64,000 nucleotides of DNA from NCBI GenBank assembly GCA_003427395.1, contig BFEA01000013.1, forward strand, positions 1,634,755 through 1,698,754, written 5' to 3'. Under the pieces are notes generated by a model that searched no databases, had not been told where the DNA came from, and saw only the letters and a program-made list of their open reading frames with translations. Made by a program: the position numbers and the translations under genes. Source of the DNA: Chara braunii. Taxonomy: Eukaryota; Plantae; Charophyceae. Shown one piece after another: positions 13,232-25,066 of this stretch; position 1 is the stretch's first letter; each line of letters opens with the position of its first letter.

Positions 13232-15932
13232 ATATGCAATGACTTGCTGATTTCTGCTGCCGAGATTGACTGCGAGGCTGTATACTAACCTGTAGTGTTA
13301 GTTTTGTTATTTTGTTTGGCTGAGGGCTAACCGAGAGATCTGCCTGTGTGGAAATTCGTGAGGGACAGATCTGTAAATTTTGAAAAATACAGACCTGGTA
13401 CTAACCGAGTTCCTACAGCTACNNNNNNNNNNNNNNNNNNNNNNNNNNNNNNNNNNNNNNNNNNNNNNNNNNNNNNNNNNNNNNNNNNNNNNNNNNNNNN
13501 NNNNNNNNNNNNNNNNNNNNNNNNNNNNNNNNNNNNNNNNNNNNNNNNNNNNNNNNNNNNNNNNNNNNNNNNNNNNNNNNNNNNNNNNNNNNNNNNNNNN
13601 NNNNNNNNNNNNNNNNNNNNNNNNNNNNNNNNNNNNNNNNNNNNNNNNNNNNNNNNNNNNNNNNNNNNNNNNNNNNNNNNNNNNNNNNNNNNNNNNNNNN
13701 NNNNNNNNNNNNNNNNNNNNNNNNNNNNNNNNNNNNNNNNNNNNNNNNNNNNNNNNNNNNNNNNNNNNNNNNNNNNNNNNNNNNNNNNNNNNNNNNNNNN
13801 NNNNNNNNNNNNNNNNNNNNNNNNNNNNNNNNNNNNNNNNNNNNNNNNNNNNNNNNNNNNNNNNNNNNNNNNNNNNNNNNNNNNNNNNNNNNNNNNNNNN
13901 NNNNNNNNNNNNNNNNNNNNNNNNNNNNNNNNNNNNNNNNNNNNNNNNNNNNNNNNNNNNNNNNNNNNNNNNNNNNNNNNNNNNNNNNNNNNNNNNNNNN
14001 NNNNNNNNNNNNNNNNNNNNNNNNNNNNNNNNNNNNNATGGCGCTGGCCTCTGGGAGGCTGTTTCTATGCAGCGCTAGACTCTGAGAGTGTAGGAGTGAG
14101 TGGAGTGTGTGGTACTTGAGTGGCGAGATACTAGGTTGGACTCTGGAACGATAATTGGGGTTAATTGTGTTGAGTTGGCTCATCATCTGGGTTACGTTCC
14201 AATTGTGATCTTCACAGTGTCATCCTGTGATTGGTTGTTGGGAGTTTATCAGAGAGAGAGAACACTTTGTGTATTCTCCCCATCGGTGCATGGTTGCTAT
14301 TCCGCTGTTTATCTCTGGTCCCCTTTCTCTCATGCATGTATGGGCGTGTGTGAGTGTGTCTGTGTGTGAGTGGCAATCAAATTGTCAAACAACCAAGTTC
14401 ATAACAGTTGGTATCAGAGCGGAGATTGGACTTGGAGTCCAGAGGGTTGAGCGCAACAGGGGCACCTTCTTCATTTGGCCCTAACTGGCGAGAAGATCCA
14501 TGGTGGTTCTCCATCTCCAGTGACTATCCAGCAGGGAAGAAGGAATACAAGCGGTGATTGCAGGAATATCAGTCTGCGATTGATCAGGCACCCTGAGCCT
14601 GTCTGAGTGCCTGACAGGAAGTGGCGAGAATAGGGTTATTTCGCCATCCACCCTCCTGACCTCAACTGATGACTGGGTCTAGGGTGGCGAAATTTACCCT
14701 AATCCAGTGATTACTAGGTGACGGCTTCAATCCCAGCATAGCGTTGAGGGAGGATTGATCGCAGGATCACCTCCTGCTAAGTTAACCCTACTCAGGGCTA
14801 AATTTAGCACCAGCGGCTCATACCTGCAGTGGCGAGATACCTTTTAGGAGTGTATTCTCTCGCCACTGAGCCAGATTCAGTGAATCTGAGGGTGTGGGGT
14901 GAATCGCCACATCATACTGGAGCAGATCAACAAGTTTCAGGAGATTCTGTACGTGGGAAGCTCTGGAAGACTGTGTGCAAGTACTGGCGAGACCAGGGTT
15001 TGGCAGCCATAGCCAAAGCTTCATCATCCACTGAGGGTTATACTTCAAGTGAGTGCGTTCCATATGAATCCTTGAGTAGCGATTAGATTGCATCAGTAGA
15101 AGTAGGATTAATGGTCTGTCTGTCGGTAGTGTAACAGTCGTGAGATTGTCAAACTGCAAGACAGCCAATCCATCTTCTTCCTCCCTACCCTGACTCATAT
15201 CTCTTCATCTATTGACCTGTTCTGACTCAAAATTGTTCTGGGACTGCCTGACAGTATTGCGCTGCATCCTGTATGTTCATTCTCTGAATTATGTGCTGGA
15301 AAAGTAGTAATACGGTGGATTTGAGTTTTGCGTCGGGTCTATTTATAATCTAGGCTACTTAGGGTCAGTCATAACTCAAAATCTGACCGTCAGAATTCAA
15401 GTCTGTCAGTCTGGGTTAAATCACAATTCTATTTTTAGCATCTCTGCTAAAGCGCTAGTCCAGAAACATTGTATTTGGGTCATAACAGTGTATTCCTGAA
15501 ATTCGCCATATCTGGGTGTATTTCTGTTGATGTCAACAGTGGCAAAATTTGAGTTTGGGGCTGTCCGGGTCTAGTTTACTAAATCGCTGCTACTTGTAAT
15601 CCTGTTTCAGTTAATTCTTGCCTGTTTCCTTCAATACTACTAATTCTTTCTGCTTTCTGATGGGCTCTGGAATGTTGTGAATGTGGATTTTGCAACTACA
15701 GTGAAAGTTCAGTGTCAGGTATAGGAAATCGTTAGTGCATGATTTTACTGGACATTCAGTCAACCTGACTACTGAACCCAATGGCCCTATTCCAACCCTA
15801 ACCGCTTGTGCCCACTGACCCACATTGCTCTATGAATTGACAGTGCAGCGAATTTTGAGAGTCCTGTGTGTACTGTAAATCGCTGCACCTCCTGCTGTTT
15901 TACTTTGTTTATTTTGTGTTCTGAGAGGGAAA

Positions 15933-17461
15933 ATGTCAGAAACCGCTGACACAGGTGCAGGGCAGGTGGAGGTAGTAGTTAAGGATGAGGCCCAAGCCTC
16001 ACCCTCAACTCCACCTCCCCCTCCTCTGACCCCTGCGCAGCGGCGCAAGAAGGAGATACAAGGGAAACTGCGAGAGCAACAGGCGCTACTCGCAGAGGCA
16101 GAGAGACAAGAGGCTGCAGAGCTGGAAGCTGCAACAGATGCCTCCAGAAAAGAGCATCTGCTGCAGCAGGCTCAAAAGACTTTTGCGGATGCCAGAGTGG
16201 CCCAGTGTACAAGGGACCTGGCTGAGCTGGTACTTTTGCAGGACAAACTTACAGCCAACCATTTCACAAACTGGGATGAGAGGATCGAGCGGCTGGAGAC
16301 CCGAGTGGCTGATCTGGGAACTCAGCAGTCGAAGATCCTGGATGCTATCCAGAATCTGACTGCTCAGTTAACAGCAGCCAACGTTATCAGTCCCCTGGTC
16401 CCTGTGGTCCCCTCTCTGAAACCCAAGAAGCCTTCTCAGCCCCCTTCTCCACCTCCTTCTCCACCTCCTTCTCCACCTCCTGTGTCTCCTCATTCTTCTC
16501 GCAAGGCTTCTCCCTCTGTCTCCTCTTAGGCCAAAGCCACACCTCCTCCCACCTTTGCTGCTGTTGTTGCTGGGGACCACAGAGGTCCCAAGATTCCTGC
16601 CCCCAGCAAATTCAGGGGGGATGACCCCAGGATTGATGTGGGGGACTGGACCGCTGGAACCCGGGCCTATCTGAAGGGGTTCCAGTGTCCAGAGCAGCAA
16701 AAGGTGGCCACCGTTGTGGGGCTGCTGGAGGGGCCTGCCCAGAAATGGGCTACCTCTACAGCAAGTGCCCAGGGCCAGACTTTGGAGGACTAGGCATTAG
16801 CACTGGGGGCTGACAAGCTTTTGCAGGCCCTGGAAGACCGATTTGCAGACAAAGAAAGAGTCCGCAAGGCTGCTGATAAAATTGTACGCCTGGGCCAGCA
16901 GCGTTACAGCGGCAGTCTGCAGGCCTTATTCGCTGAATTTGAGCAGCTGACTTCCACCCCTGGACTGGTTATGTCTGCAGATGACTTGTTGACTAACTTT
17001 TGCAGGGCTGTGCCTGAAAAGTTATGTGTTGCTTTGTACAGTGCCGGTCACAAAGACTGGAGATCCTTTGGACGTGCGGCACTGGATATGGAAGCTAAGC
17101 TTCATGTCCAGGCCCCCTCCAGTGACAGGAGGAGAGGCGCCTTCCCTCGCGGTGGTAGAAAGGGAAAGGCGGCCTTTGCTTATGCGGGTTCTGGATCAGC
17201 CTCTGAGACAGGATCCCAGCCTGGTACACCGCCTGCTGGGACTGTCGCTCTTCAACCCCTGCCCGGCGCCCAAATCTGCCACGTGACGTCCATTTCCCAG
17301 CAGACTCCCTCAATCCCAACACCCTTCCCTGGCAGGATTTGAAGATCCAGGAAGGGGTGTGGAGGAAGAGGAAGGAAAAGGGAGTCTGCTTGAGGTGTGA
17401 AGGACAACACTTTCTCAAGGACTGTCCTTACATGCCCAGCCCAGCTCAGTCAAAAAACTAA
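15933..17461 (+). pseudogene. gag: gag (coiled coil, Pro-rich linker, capsid, CX2CX3HX4C knuckle); two in-frame stops and one frameshift
   Basis: ORFs 15933-16529 and 16821-17342 share a frame and read through to PKIPAPAKFRGDD; knuckle CLRCEGQHFLKDC precedes TAA at 17459. Confidence 0.88.
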
Positions 17462-17505
17462 AGTTGAACCTGGAGACAGCAGTTCCCTCCAGTGCTGCAA
17501 CTGCA
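17452..17505 (+). promoter_or_regulatory. Putative -1 programmed ribosomal frameshift signal (A AAA AAC plus downstream stem/pseudoknot)
   Basis: Slippery heptamer 17452-17458 lies just before the gag TAA; pol is in the -1 frame; a ctggag/ctccag stem follows. Confidence 0.7.
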
Positions 17506-20500
17506 GTTGCAGCTGCAGCAGCTTCAGTTGAGACTTCTTCCTTCCCATCCAGTATGGGAACTGCACGGGCAGCATCCTTCACATATGAGGATCCAGACCC
17601 AGGTCAGGAACCGGACCAGTCTGAGTTGCAGGCTCTCGCTGCTTTTTTCTTTCATCTGAAGGAACAAAAGCAGAACAAGTCTGAACTCATCCTGCTTCGG
17701 CCCCTGATCAACCACACCAGGATCAAGGGGTTATTGGACTGTGGAGCCACCAGAAATTTCATGTCTCCCAATGCAGTCAAAAAACTGCATCTGGGCATGA
17801 AAGTGGTGCAACTGCAGCAACCGCTGCAGGTCAGGATAGGTGACTCCACTGTTCTGACCATCAGGGAGAAGGTCAGGGGTATCCCTGACAACGCTGGAGA
17901 AGTCACACATAGTCTGAACTTCTACATCTTCCCTGATCTACCCTTTGATCTGGTTTTCTCTATGCAGTGGCTGAGAGCAGTCAACCCAAGGATCGACTGG
18001 CAGATCCCCAAGGTTGAGCTGCCAAACAGCAAGGGGGTGTATCAGCCTTGTATGATCGCAGCTGATCACCACCCTAAGACATCCTGCTTCTGCTTGAGAG
18101 CGAGAGAGTTTTATGCTCTCTCTCGCCAGTATGACCATGAGCGTCTGTTTATAGCTCTGGTCAAGCAGACAGACGCTCCCACCACTCCCTGTCCTCCTGA
18201 GATACAGCAGGTTGTGGACCAGTACGCTGATCTGATGCAGGAGCCCTTTGGGTTACCCAACCGGCCAACCAAGCATCATATTGAGCTGCTGCCTGGAGCG
18301 GTCCCTCCCAAGGGCCGCATCTACAGGATGTCACCTGTTGAGCTTTAGGAGCTCAGGCGACAGCTTGAGACCCTGACCAGCAAGGGCTGGATCAGGCCCA
18401 GCACTTCTGAATTCGGTGCTTCAGTCCTCTATGTTCCAAAGGGGAGTGGCGAGTTCAGAATGTGCATAGACTACAGGGGTCTCAACAAAATCACTAGGAA
18501 GAGCACGGAGCCACTTCCTAGGATCGATGACCTTCTGGATATGGTCCAGGGCTGCACCATTTTCGGCAAAGTCGACCTCAAATCTGGCTATCACCAGATT
18601 GAGATGGCAGAGGAAGACATCCACAAGACGGCCTTCAAAACCAGGTACGGTACTTATGAGTACCTGGTGGTGTCATTTGGACTTTGCAATGCACCTGGCA
18701 TATTCCAGACTGAGATGCACCGCATATTCAGGCCGTACCTGGATAAGTTTATGGTTGTCTACCTGGATGATATCCTGGTATTCAGCAAAACTACCAGGGA
18801 ACATGCGGAGCACCTGGCTCTGGTCCTTCAGTCATTACGCGACAGCCAGTATAAGATCAACAGGGAGAAGTCCTCTTTTGGAGTTCCCTCTGTTATCTAT
18901 CTGGGTCATGTGATCTCTGGAGATGGGTTGGTCCCTGAAGCAAACAAAGTTGCTGCTATTCAGGATTGGCCACAGCCCCAGACAGTGAGAGATGTCCGGT
19001 CATTCTTGGGTCTGGCCTCCTACTACAGAATGTTCGTCAGGAACTTTTCTGCAGTGGTTGCACCCCTGACTAACCTTACAAAGAAAGACACTCCCTTTCT
19101 TTGGTCCCTCCACTGTCAGATGCCCTTTGCACGACTCAAACAGGCCTTGACTCGTGCACCTGTTCTGAAGTTGCCTGACCCCACTTTGCCTTTTATACTG
19201 ACTACTGATGCTAGCCAGTATGGCATTGGGGCAGTCCTTCAGCAGGATGATGGGAATGGTCTGAGACCTGTAGAGTTTATGAGTAAGAAGATCAAGACTT
19301 AAAAGCTGCAGGACTCCACCTACGAGAAAGAGCTTTATGCTCTTGTCAGTGCCCTGAAACATTGGAAACACTTTCTCCTGGGCAGGCACTTCAAGATCTT
19401 TTCTGATCATTCCACTCTACAGTTGTTGAAGTCCCAGGGAGAGTTGAACGATAAGTTGGCACGATATATTCAGTTCATTGATCTATTTGACTTTGAACTG
19501 AAGCACAAGAAGGGCTGCTACAATAAGGTAGCAGACGCCCTCTCTCGTAGGCCTGACTCCTTTGCCTTGATCTCCTCTACTCACTCCTTTGGGGAGGAGG
19601 TCCGTCAGACCATTGCTCGTTCTCTGCCTCAGGATCCGACTTATGGACCCATCGTCAGGAATCTACAAGCAGATCCCAATTTTGAACCCGGCTATACCCT
19701 AAGTTCAGATCTGTTGTACACTTACAGCTTAGGAGAGGAGCGCTTGTGTATCCCTGAGGATCAGCACCTGCGGACACTGCTGATGTCAGAGTGCCACGAC
19801 GCGCGTGGACACTTTGGGTTCCTAAAGCCGTATGCAGCCCTGTCGCAACGCTTCTTCTGGAAGGAGATGCGGAGTGAGATGTTGCACTATGTGGACACCT
19901 GTGAGCTCTGCCAAAGGAACAAGGTTCAACGTAAACCTCCTTTGGGATTGCTCAAACCTTTGCCCATACCTGATGGTCCTACCCAGTCTGTATCTATTGA
20001 CTTTACAGACTTAGGCAAGACTACCCTTCGTGGCATGCATCAGGTGATGGTCTGCGTGGACAGGTTTTCCAAATACGCAGAGTTCATCCCCTTGCCAGAG
20101 GTAGCCAGGGTACCGGCTGTGAGATCAGCCTTTTCTGAGAGGTGGGTCACGCACCATGGACCGCCCACCTCTATTGTTAGTGATCGAGACCCCAGATTCT
20201 GCAGCGATGAGTGGTCGTCCTACTGCAAGGACTATCTGCATTCACGCCTGGACATGACTTCTGGTCGTCATCCTGAAGCCAATGAATTGGCTGAAGTGAT
20301 GAACCAAGTCCTGTTCCAGCTGCTACGTCCTGTGATCTCTCCAGATCAGCAGGACAGGGATCTCCACCTTGCGAGGGCACAGCTCATGTATAACATGTCT
20401 GTCCACTCCTTGACAGGGTTCAGTCCCTACCGACTACATTGGGGACGTGAACCACGACAGCCTCTCGATGATATCATCGATAAGGCTAAGCCTGACCTTA

Positions 20501-21036
20501 CCCCAGGCACTGCAGAGTTCGCCAGACGCTACCGTCTGGATGTGGAAAGAGCCTGGGCGAACTTGTTCAAGGCCCAAAAGGCCATGATTGAACAAGCTAA
20601 CCGCCACAGGCGGCCTTCCCCCATCCGTATTGGTGACTATGTCTGGGTGGCTAGTTCTGAGTTGTCGAGGGAGGAGGATATTTCTCCCAAGCTGTTGCCG
20701 CGCTACCTGGGTCCGTGGCAGGTCCTAGATACAGTGGGCGCTGATCCCTTCGGTCCGTCGTATGTCATCGACGTCCCGCTGCATCTACGAACCTATCCGG
20801 TTTTCCATGCATCTAAGTTGTTGCCCTTCACGCCAGCTGATGCATTCCCTGACCGGCCTCCTCAATGGGCCCCACCAATCCCTGGTAAGGGATATGATGT
20901 GGTGGCCCTCGAGGATGAGTGGGGTACTGGCCCCGACCGACAGTATCTTGTCAGGTTTGCGTTCCAGCCTCCTTCTAAGAACCGATGGTTGAAGAGACCT
21001 GATCAAGACAGCAAAGTCTATTGTACTGCGTTATGA
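17455..21036 (+). pseudogene. pol: pol (protease-RT-RNase H-integrase-chromodomain); two premature stops
   Basis: LLDCGAT; YLDD; TTDAS; HDARGH...CELC; DDE core; RYLGPWQV; C-terminal YDVVAL..QYLVRF..NRW. All three ORFs are in one frame. Confidence 0.95.
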
Positions 21037-22615
21037 GGCGGCTCAGAAGGGTGACCTTCGCCGTTCACCTCGTCTGCACCCCTAGCTCGGAGGTCCTCGC
21101 TCCCGGGGAGGGTAAGCCTGAAACGACTTGCTGATTTCTGCTGCCGAGATTGAGTGCGAGGTTGTATACTAACCTGTAGGGTTAGTTTTGTAATTTTGTT
21201 TGGCTGAGGGATAACCGAGAGATCTGCCTGTGTGGAAATTCGTGAGGGACAGATCTGTAAATTTTGAAAAATACAGACCTGGTACTAACCGAGTTCCTAC
21301 AGCTACNNNNNNNNNNNNNNNNNNNNNNNNNNNNNNNNNNNNNNNNNNNNNNNNNNNNNNNNNNNNNNNNNNNNNNNNNNNNNNNNNNNNNNNNNNNNNN
21401 NNNNNNNNNNNNNNNNNNNNNNNNNNNNNNNNNNNNNNNNNNNNNNNNNNNNNNNNNNNNNNNNNNNNNNNNNNNNNNNNNNNNNNNNNNNNNNNNNNNN
21501 NNNNNNNNNNNNNNNNNNNNNNNNNNNNNNNNNNNNNNNNNNNNNNNNNNNNNNNNNNNNNNNNNNNNNNNNNNNNNNNNNNNNNNNNNNNNNNNNNNNN
21601 NNNNNNNNNNNNNNNNNNNNNNNNNNNNNNNNNNNNNNNNNNNNNNNNNNNNNNNNNNNNNNNNNNNNNNNNNNNNNNNNNNNNNNNNNNNNNNNNNNNN
21701 NNNNNNNNNNNNNNNNNNNNNNNNNNNNNNNNNNNNNNNNNNNNNNNNNNNNNNNNNNNNNNNNNNNNNNNNNNNNNNNNNNNNNNNNNNNNNNNNNNNN
21801 NNNNNNNNNNNNNNNNNNNNNNNNNNNNNNNNNNNNNNNNNNNNNNNNNNNNNNNNNNNNNNNNNNNNNNNNNNNNNNNNNNNNNNNNNNNNNNNNNNNN
21901 NNNNNNNNNNNNNNNNATGGCGCTGGCCTCTGGGAGGCTGTTTCTATGCAGCGCTAGACTCTGAGAGTGTAGGAGTGAGTGGAGTGTGTGGTACTTGAGT
22001 GGCGAGATACTGGGTTGAACTCTGGAACGATAATTGGGGTTAATTGTGTTGAGTTGGCTCATCATCTGGTTTACGTTCCAATTGTGATCTTCGCAGTATC
22101 ATCCTGTGATTGGTTGTTGGGAGTTTATCAGAGAGAGAGAACACTGTGTGTATTCTCCCCATCGGTGCATGGTTGCTATTTCGCTGTTTATCTCTGGTCT
22201 GTGTGCAGGTGGACTCTGTCTCTTCCTCCTATTTCTCTCATGCATGTATGGGCGTGTGTGAGTGTGTCTGTGTGTGAGTGGCAATCGAATTGTCAAACAA
22301 CCAAGTTCATAACATATATATATACTGGTATAGCTTCCTCTAGCCCAACCCGACACTCGTGTCCTATGTTCCGACATCTTGCCCGATCCGCCCCCCTTTC
22401 ATCCCTTTCTGTGCTTGGCCGCAGACGGCTGCGTTCCTCCTCGCCACCCCCATCTCCTCCACGGTCTCATTTGAGAACCGATTCTCCGGTTTCTATTCTT
22501 CCCATTGTTACGCCTTCATTGCAAGTGACATCCTCATCTTTTGTTAGAAACATCGCCACTCCTCTTATTGTGTATCATCGTTCGTCGACGACATGCACAA
22601 CATTGCCACTTGGCC

Positions 22616-24037
22616 ATGGATCAGCGGTCTGCTTCTTTGTCTACCCCAATTTTCTCTGTGCCTCCTCCACAGGTTGTTGCGGTTCCGTTGTCTCAAACGG
22701 ATACATCCGCTCCTATGCCTCCTGGAGACAGTCCAGCTGCTTGCACACAGCCACAGCATCAGGTTTTATGCCCTTCCATGTTCGTTTGTCCCCCAGTTGT
22801 ACAACATGCGGCCCCGAACGCTGAGGGCCTGGAACATGATCAGCTCGGACTGCATTTAACCCCGCAAGGCATAGACCATAGGGGGGATTTTCAAATGGCT
22901 GACGAGGATCATATGAATGAACCGCATACTTGTGCCCCACCCTGTGTGGCCCCGAATGCTGAGGGACTGGAACATGATCTGCTTGGACTGCATTTAATCC
23001 CACATGGCGCAGACCCCACGAGGGATTTGCAAATGGCTGACCAGGATCATATGGATGAACCGCATACTTGTGCACCACCCTGCGCAGACCCCACGAGTGA
23101 TCTACAAATGACTGACCAACCAAACCAGCCTGAGATCCCCGCCAATCTCTGTGGTCTGACTGCAACTAATAGTTGCCTTCACATTTTCAATCGGTCGTTG
23201 TATACACCATCAAATTTCCTTTCAATTGCCCTACAACTTGATGTTGATCTCGCTAATCTCGCTGATCCCCCCGACCTACAGCCAGAGCATAGTAATTACA
23301 CCAGGGAAGGAGGTTTTACCATTGCTGTCCTAGAAATAGCGATGAGGAACCGCCAGCTTGAACTATGCCATGCTCTACCAGGTGAATTGTTTAATCCTCC
23401 ATCCCACATCTCTACCTGCATTGTGCACGGGCCTGGCCATTACATGGCTATCGTACACGCCTCTGACCATTGGGAGGTGTGGAACGACGGTGTCATGGTC
23501 CATGCCATGATTGATATTACTGATTTCTTACTCTATGATGCTGTTCTCTTGCCACATCAAACTGTCCGCAATCTCCTTTATGTCGAAGATCATTCCTCTG
23601 CCACCGTAGTGCAGTAGTACAATGTATACACACTATGTGACCTTCTCCTTTGTACAGCCACAGACACTGTTGCACTTAAGTGTACTCGCCATCATCTTTG
23701 TCACAATCACTACCATGAGATGGTTTTTGCATCCATGTGTGTAGAGTATTGTCCCTTCGTTCCTGACTGCAGGCACCCTCCTCATTCGGACACTATATGT
23801 CCATTTTGTGGCCACGGACGCTATGCTGAATGCATGCTCTTTTGTGGGGGGCGTTCTTCCTTTATTCTGGCCTGCAATAGACATGCTATTTGTNAGGAAT
23901 GTATGGTTGGCATGCTTAATGCCAGCCGTCGTGGGAGTNGTTGTTTTGAGAATGCTCAGTTAGGTCTTCCATGTGCTCATCCACCCCATCCTTACAATGT
24001 GTGTCCTTTCTGTCATCAAGGACAGCCTCATTCTTGA
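22616..24037 (+). CDS. Josephin (ataxin-3-like) cysteine protease plus two RING-like zinc fingers; single in-frame TAG at 23615-23617
   Basis: NLCG (Cys 23150), LYTPSNFLSIALQLD, NYTREGGFTIAVLEIAM, GHY (His 23438) and WEVWND (Asn 23483) align with Josephin motifs. The frame stays open 23618-24037 with two C-C-C-H-C-(C/H)-CPFC units. Confidence 0.75.
22810..23118 (+). repeat. ~138-bp coding tandem repeat (about 2.3 units) N-terminal to the Josephin domain
   Basis: APNAEGLEHD.LGLHL.P.G.D...D.QMAD.DHM.EPHTCAPPC repeated in the translation. Confidence 0.9.
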
Positions 24038-24410
24038 GCTTTTTCTTGCCCTTTCCTTTGCCCTCTTCCTCATTCTACACTCCATATTTTCCCTCCCATT
24101 CTTTGTTTGTCCTCTCTCTATCTCTTTTCCCTGTGTTTAACACCTTCCCCTTCACTCTGCCTCTCTCACAGCGTGCAAGTGGGCTGTTATGGCATACGGG
24201 GATGGGGGCAGCTCGCGCTCAACTTCATCAACGTGGCGAGCCTTGCACGTGAGAGGCACAGTGGAGGTGGAGTTCAAAGAAGAATGATAAATTTAATGGT
24301 TTCAATCTGCCCTTGCTTTTTGTTTCTGTTTTTGTTTTTATTTTAATGTGCCCGTTTTTTGTTTTTATTCTTTGTTTCGCAAAGTGCGCTCTTTTAGTTT
24401 GTAGTTATGT

Positions 24411-24680
24411 GAGAGGGAGAAGAGGACAACAAACGAGGGGCTGTGGCAAACTGTTTCATCGGAGTTTCACCGACTCATCAGGAGGCTGAACCCTCAACAG
24501 TCTGCAGAATCCCCTAATTGATTACACTGTAAGTGATAATCCACCTTAACCCCGGCTGTGGTTTAGCATCAACGACTGCCCAACAACTGATACCTTGAGG
24601 TGGGCACCAACCACTGCCCTCAAGGTACCTGTGGCAAAAGTCAAAGCAGACTGTCACTCACCCACACCAGATGGAAAACT
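24411..24680 (-). mobile_element. Hammerhead repeat family 1, minus-strand copy
   Basis: Reverse complement of 12805-13070. Confidence 0.9.
24446..24505 (-). ncRNA. Type III hammerhead ribozyme, intact core (G-U pair at base of stem II)
   Basis: Reverse complement: gcagactgtt gagg gttcag cctc CTGATGA gtcgg tgaaact ccgat GAA acagtttgc. Confidence 0.85.
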
Positions 24681-24696
24681 ATATATACATAATATA

Positions 24697-24787
24697 CGAC
24701 GAAACAGTTTGTCACAGCCCCTCATTTGTTGTCCTCTTCTCCCTCTCTGCCTACGGTTTACCGGGCAGTTCTATTTGACGATATATA
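24697..24787 (+). mobile_element. Hammerhead repeat family 1, 5'-truncated inverted copy
   Basis: cgacgaaacagtttgtcacagcccc...cggtttaccgggcagttctatttgacgatata; separated from the minus copy by AT-rich filler. Confidence 0.85.
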
Positions 24788-25006
24788 CTACNNNNNNNNN
24801 NNNNNNNNNNNNNNNNNNNNNNNNNNNNNNNNNNNNNNNNNNNNNNNNNNNNNNNNNNNNNNNNNNNNNNNNNNNNNNNNNNNNNNNNNNNNNNNNNNNN
24901 NNNNNNNNNNNNNNNNNNNNNNNNNNCTGGTGTGGGTGAGTGATAGTCTACTTTGATTTTGGTTAAGGTAGATTATCATTTACAGTGTAATCAGTGAGGG
25001 GATTCT

Positions 25007-25066
25007 GCAGACTGTTGAGGGTTCAGCCTCCTGATGAGTCGGTGAAACTCCGACGAAACAGTTTGT
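25007..25066 (+). ncRNA. Type III hammerhead ribozyme, perfect core (predicted GUU cleavage after 25016), within family 1 copy 24927-25072
   Basis: Stem III gcagactgt/acagtttgt; stem I gagg/cctc; CTGATGA 25031-25037; stem II gtcgg/ccgac; GAAA 25055-25058. Confidence 0.92.

Larger units (their letters stand above)
13235..22314 (+). mobile_element. Structurally complete Ty3/Gypsy chromovirus-type LTR retrotransposon (with inactivating mutations)
   Basis: LTRs 13235-14406 and 21119-22314 (TG...CA). PBS TGGTATCAGAGC 14409-14420. Purine-rich tract before 21119. gag and pol present. Flanked by TATA inside a (TA)n run. Confidence 0.97.

Noticed and set aside
13346-14186. Long ORFs spanning N runs (also 21169-22065, 26606-28051, 61877-62536)
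   Set aside because: Artefacts of translating assembly gaps. Both LTRs have a gap at the same position, probably an unresolved internal repeat
14620-14700. CTGATGA...CGAAA in the Gypsy leader as a hammerhead
   Set aside because: No stem II closes the core; the region is better explained as a plain inverted repeat
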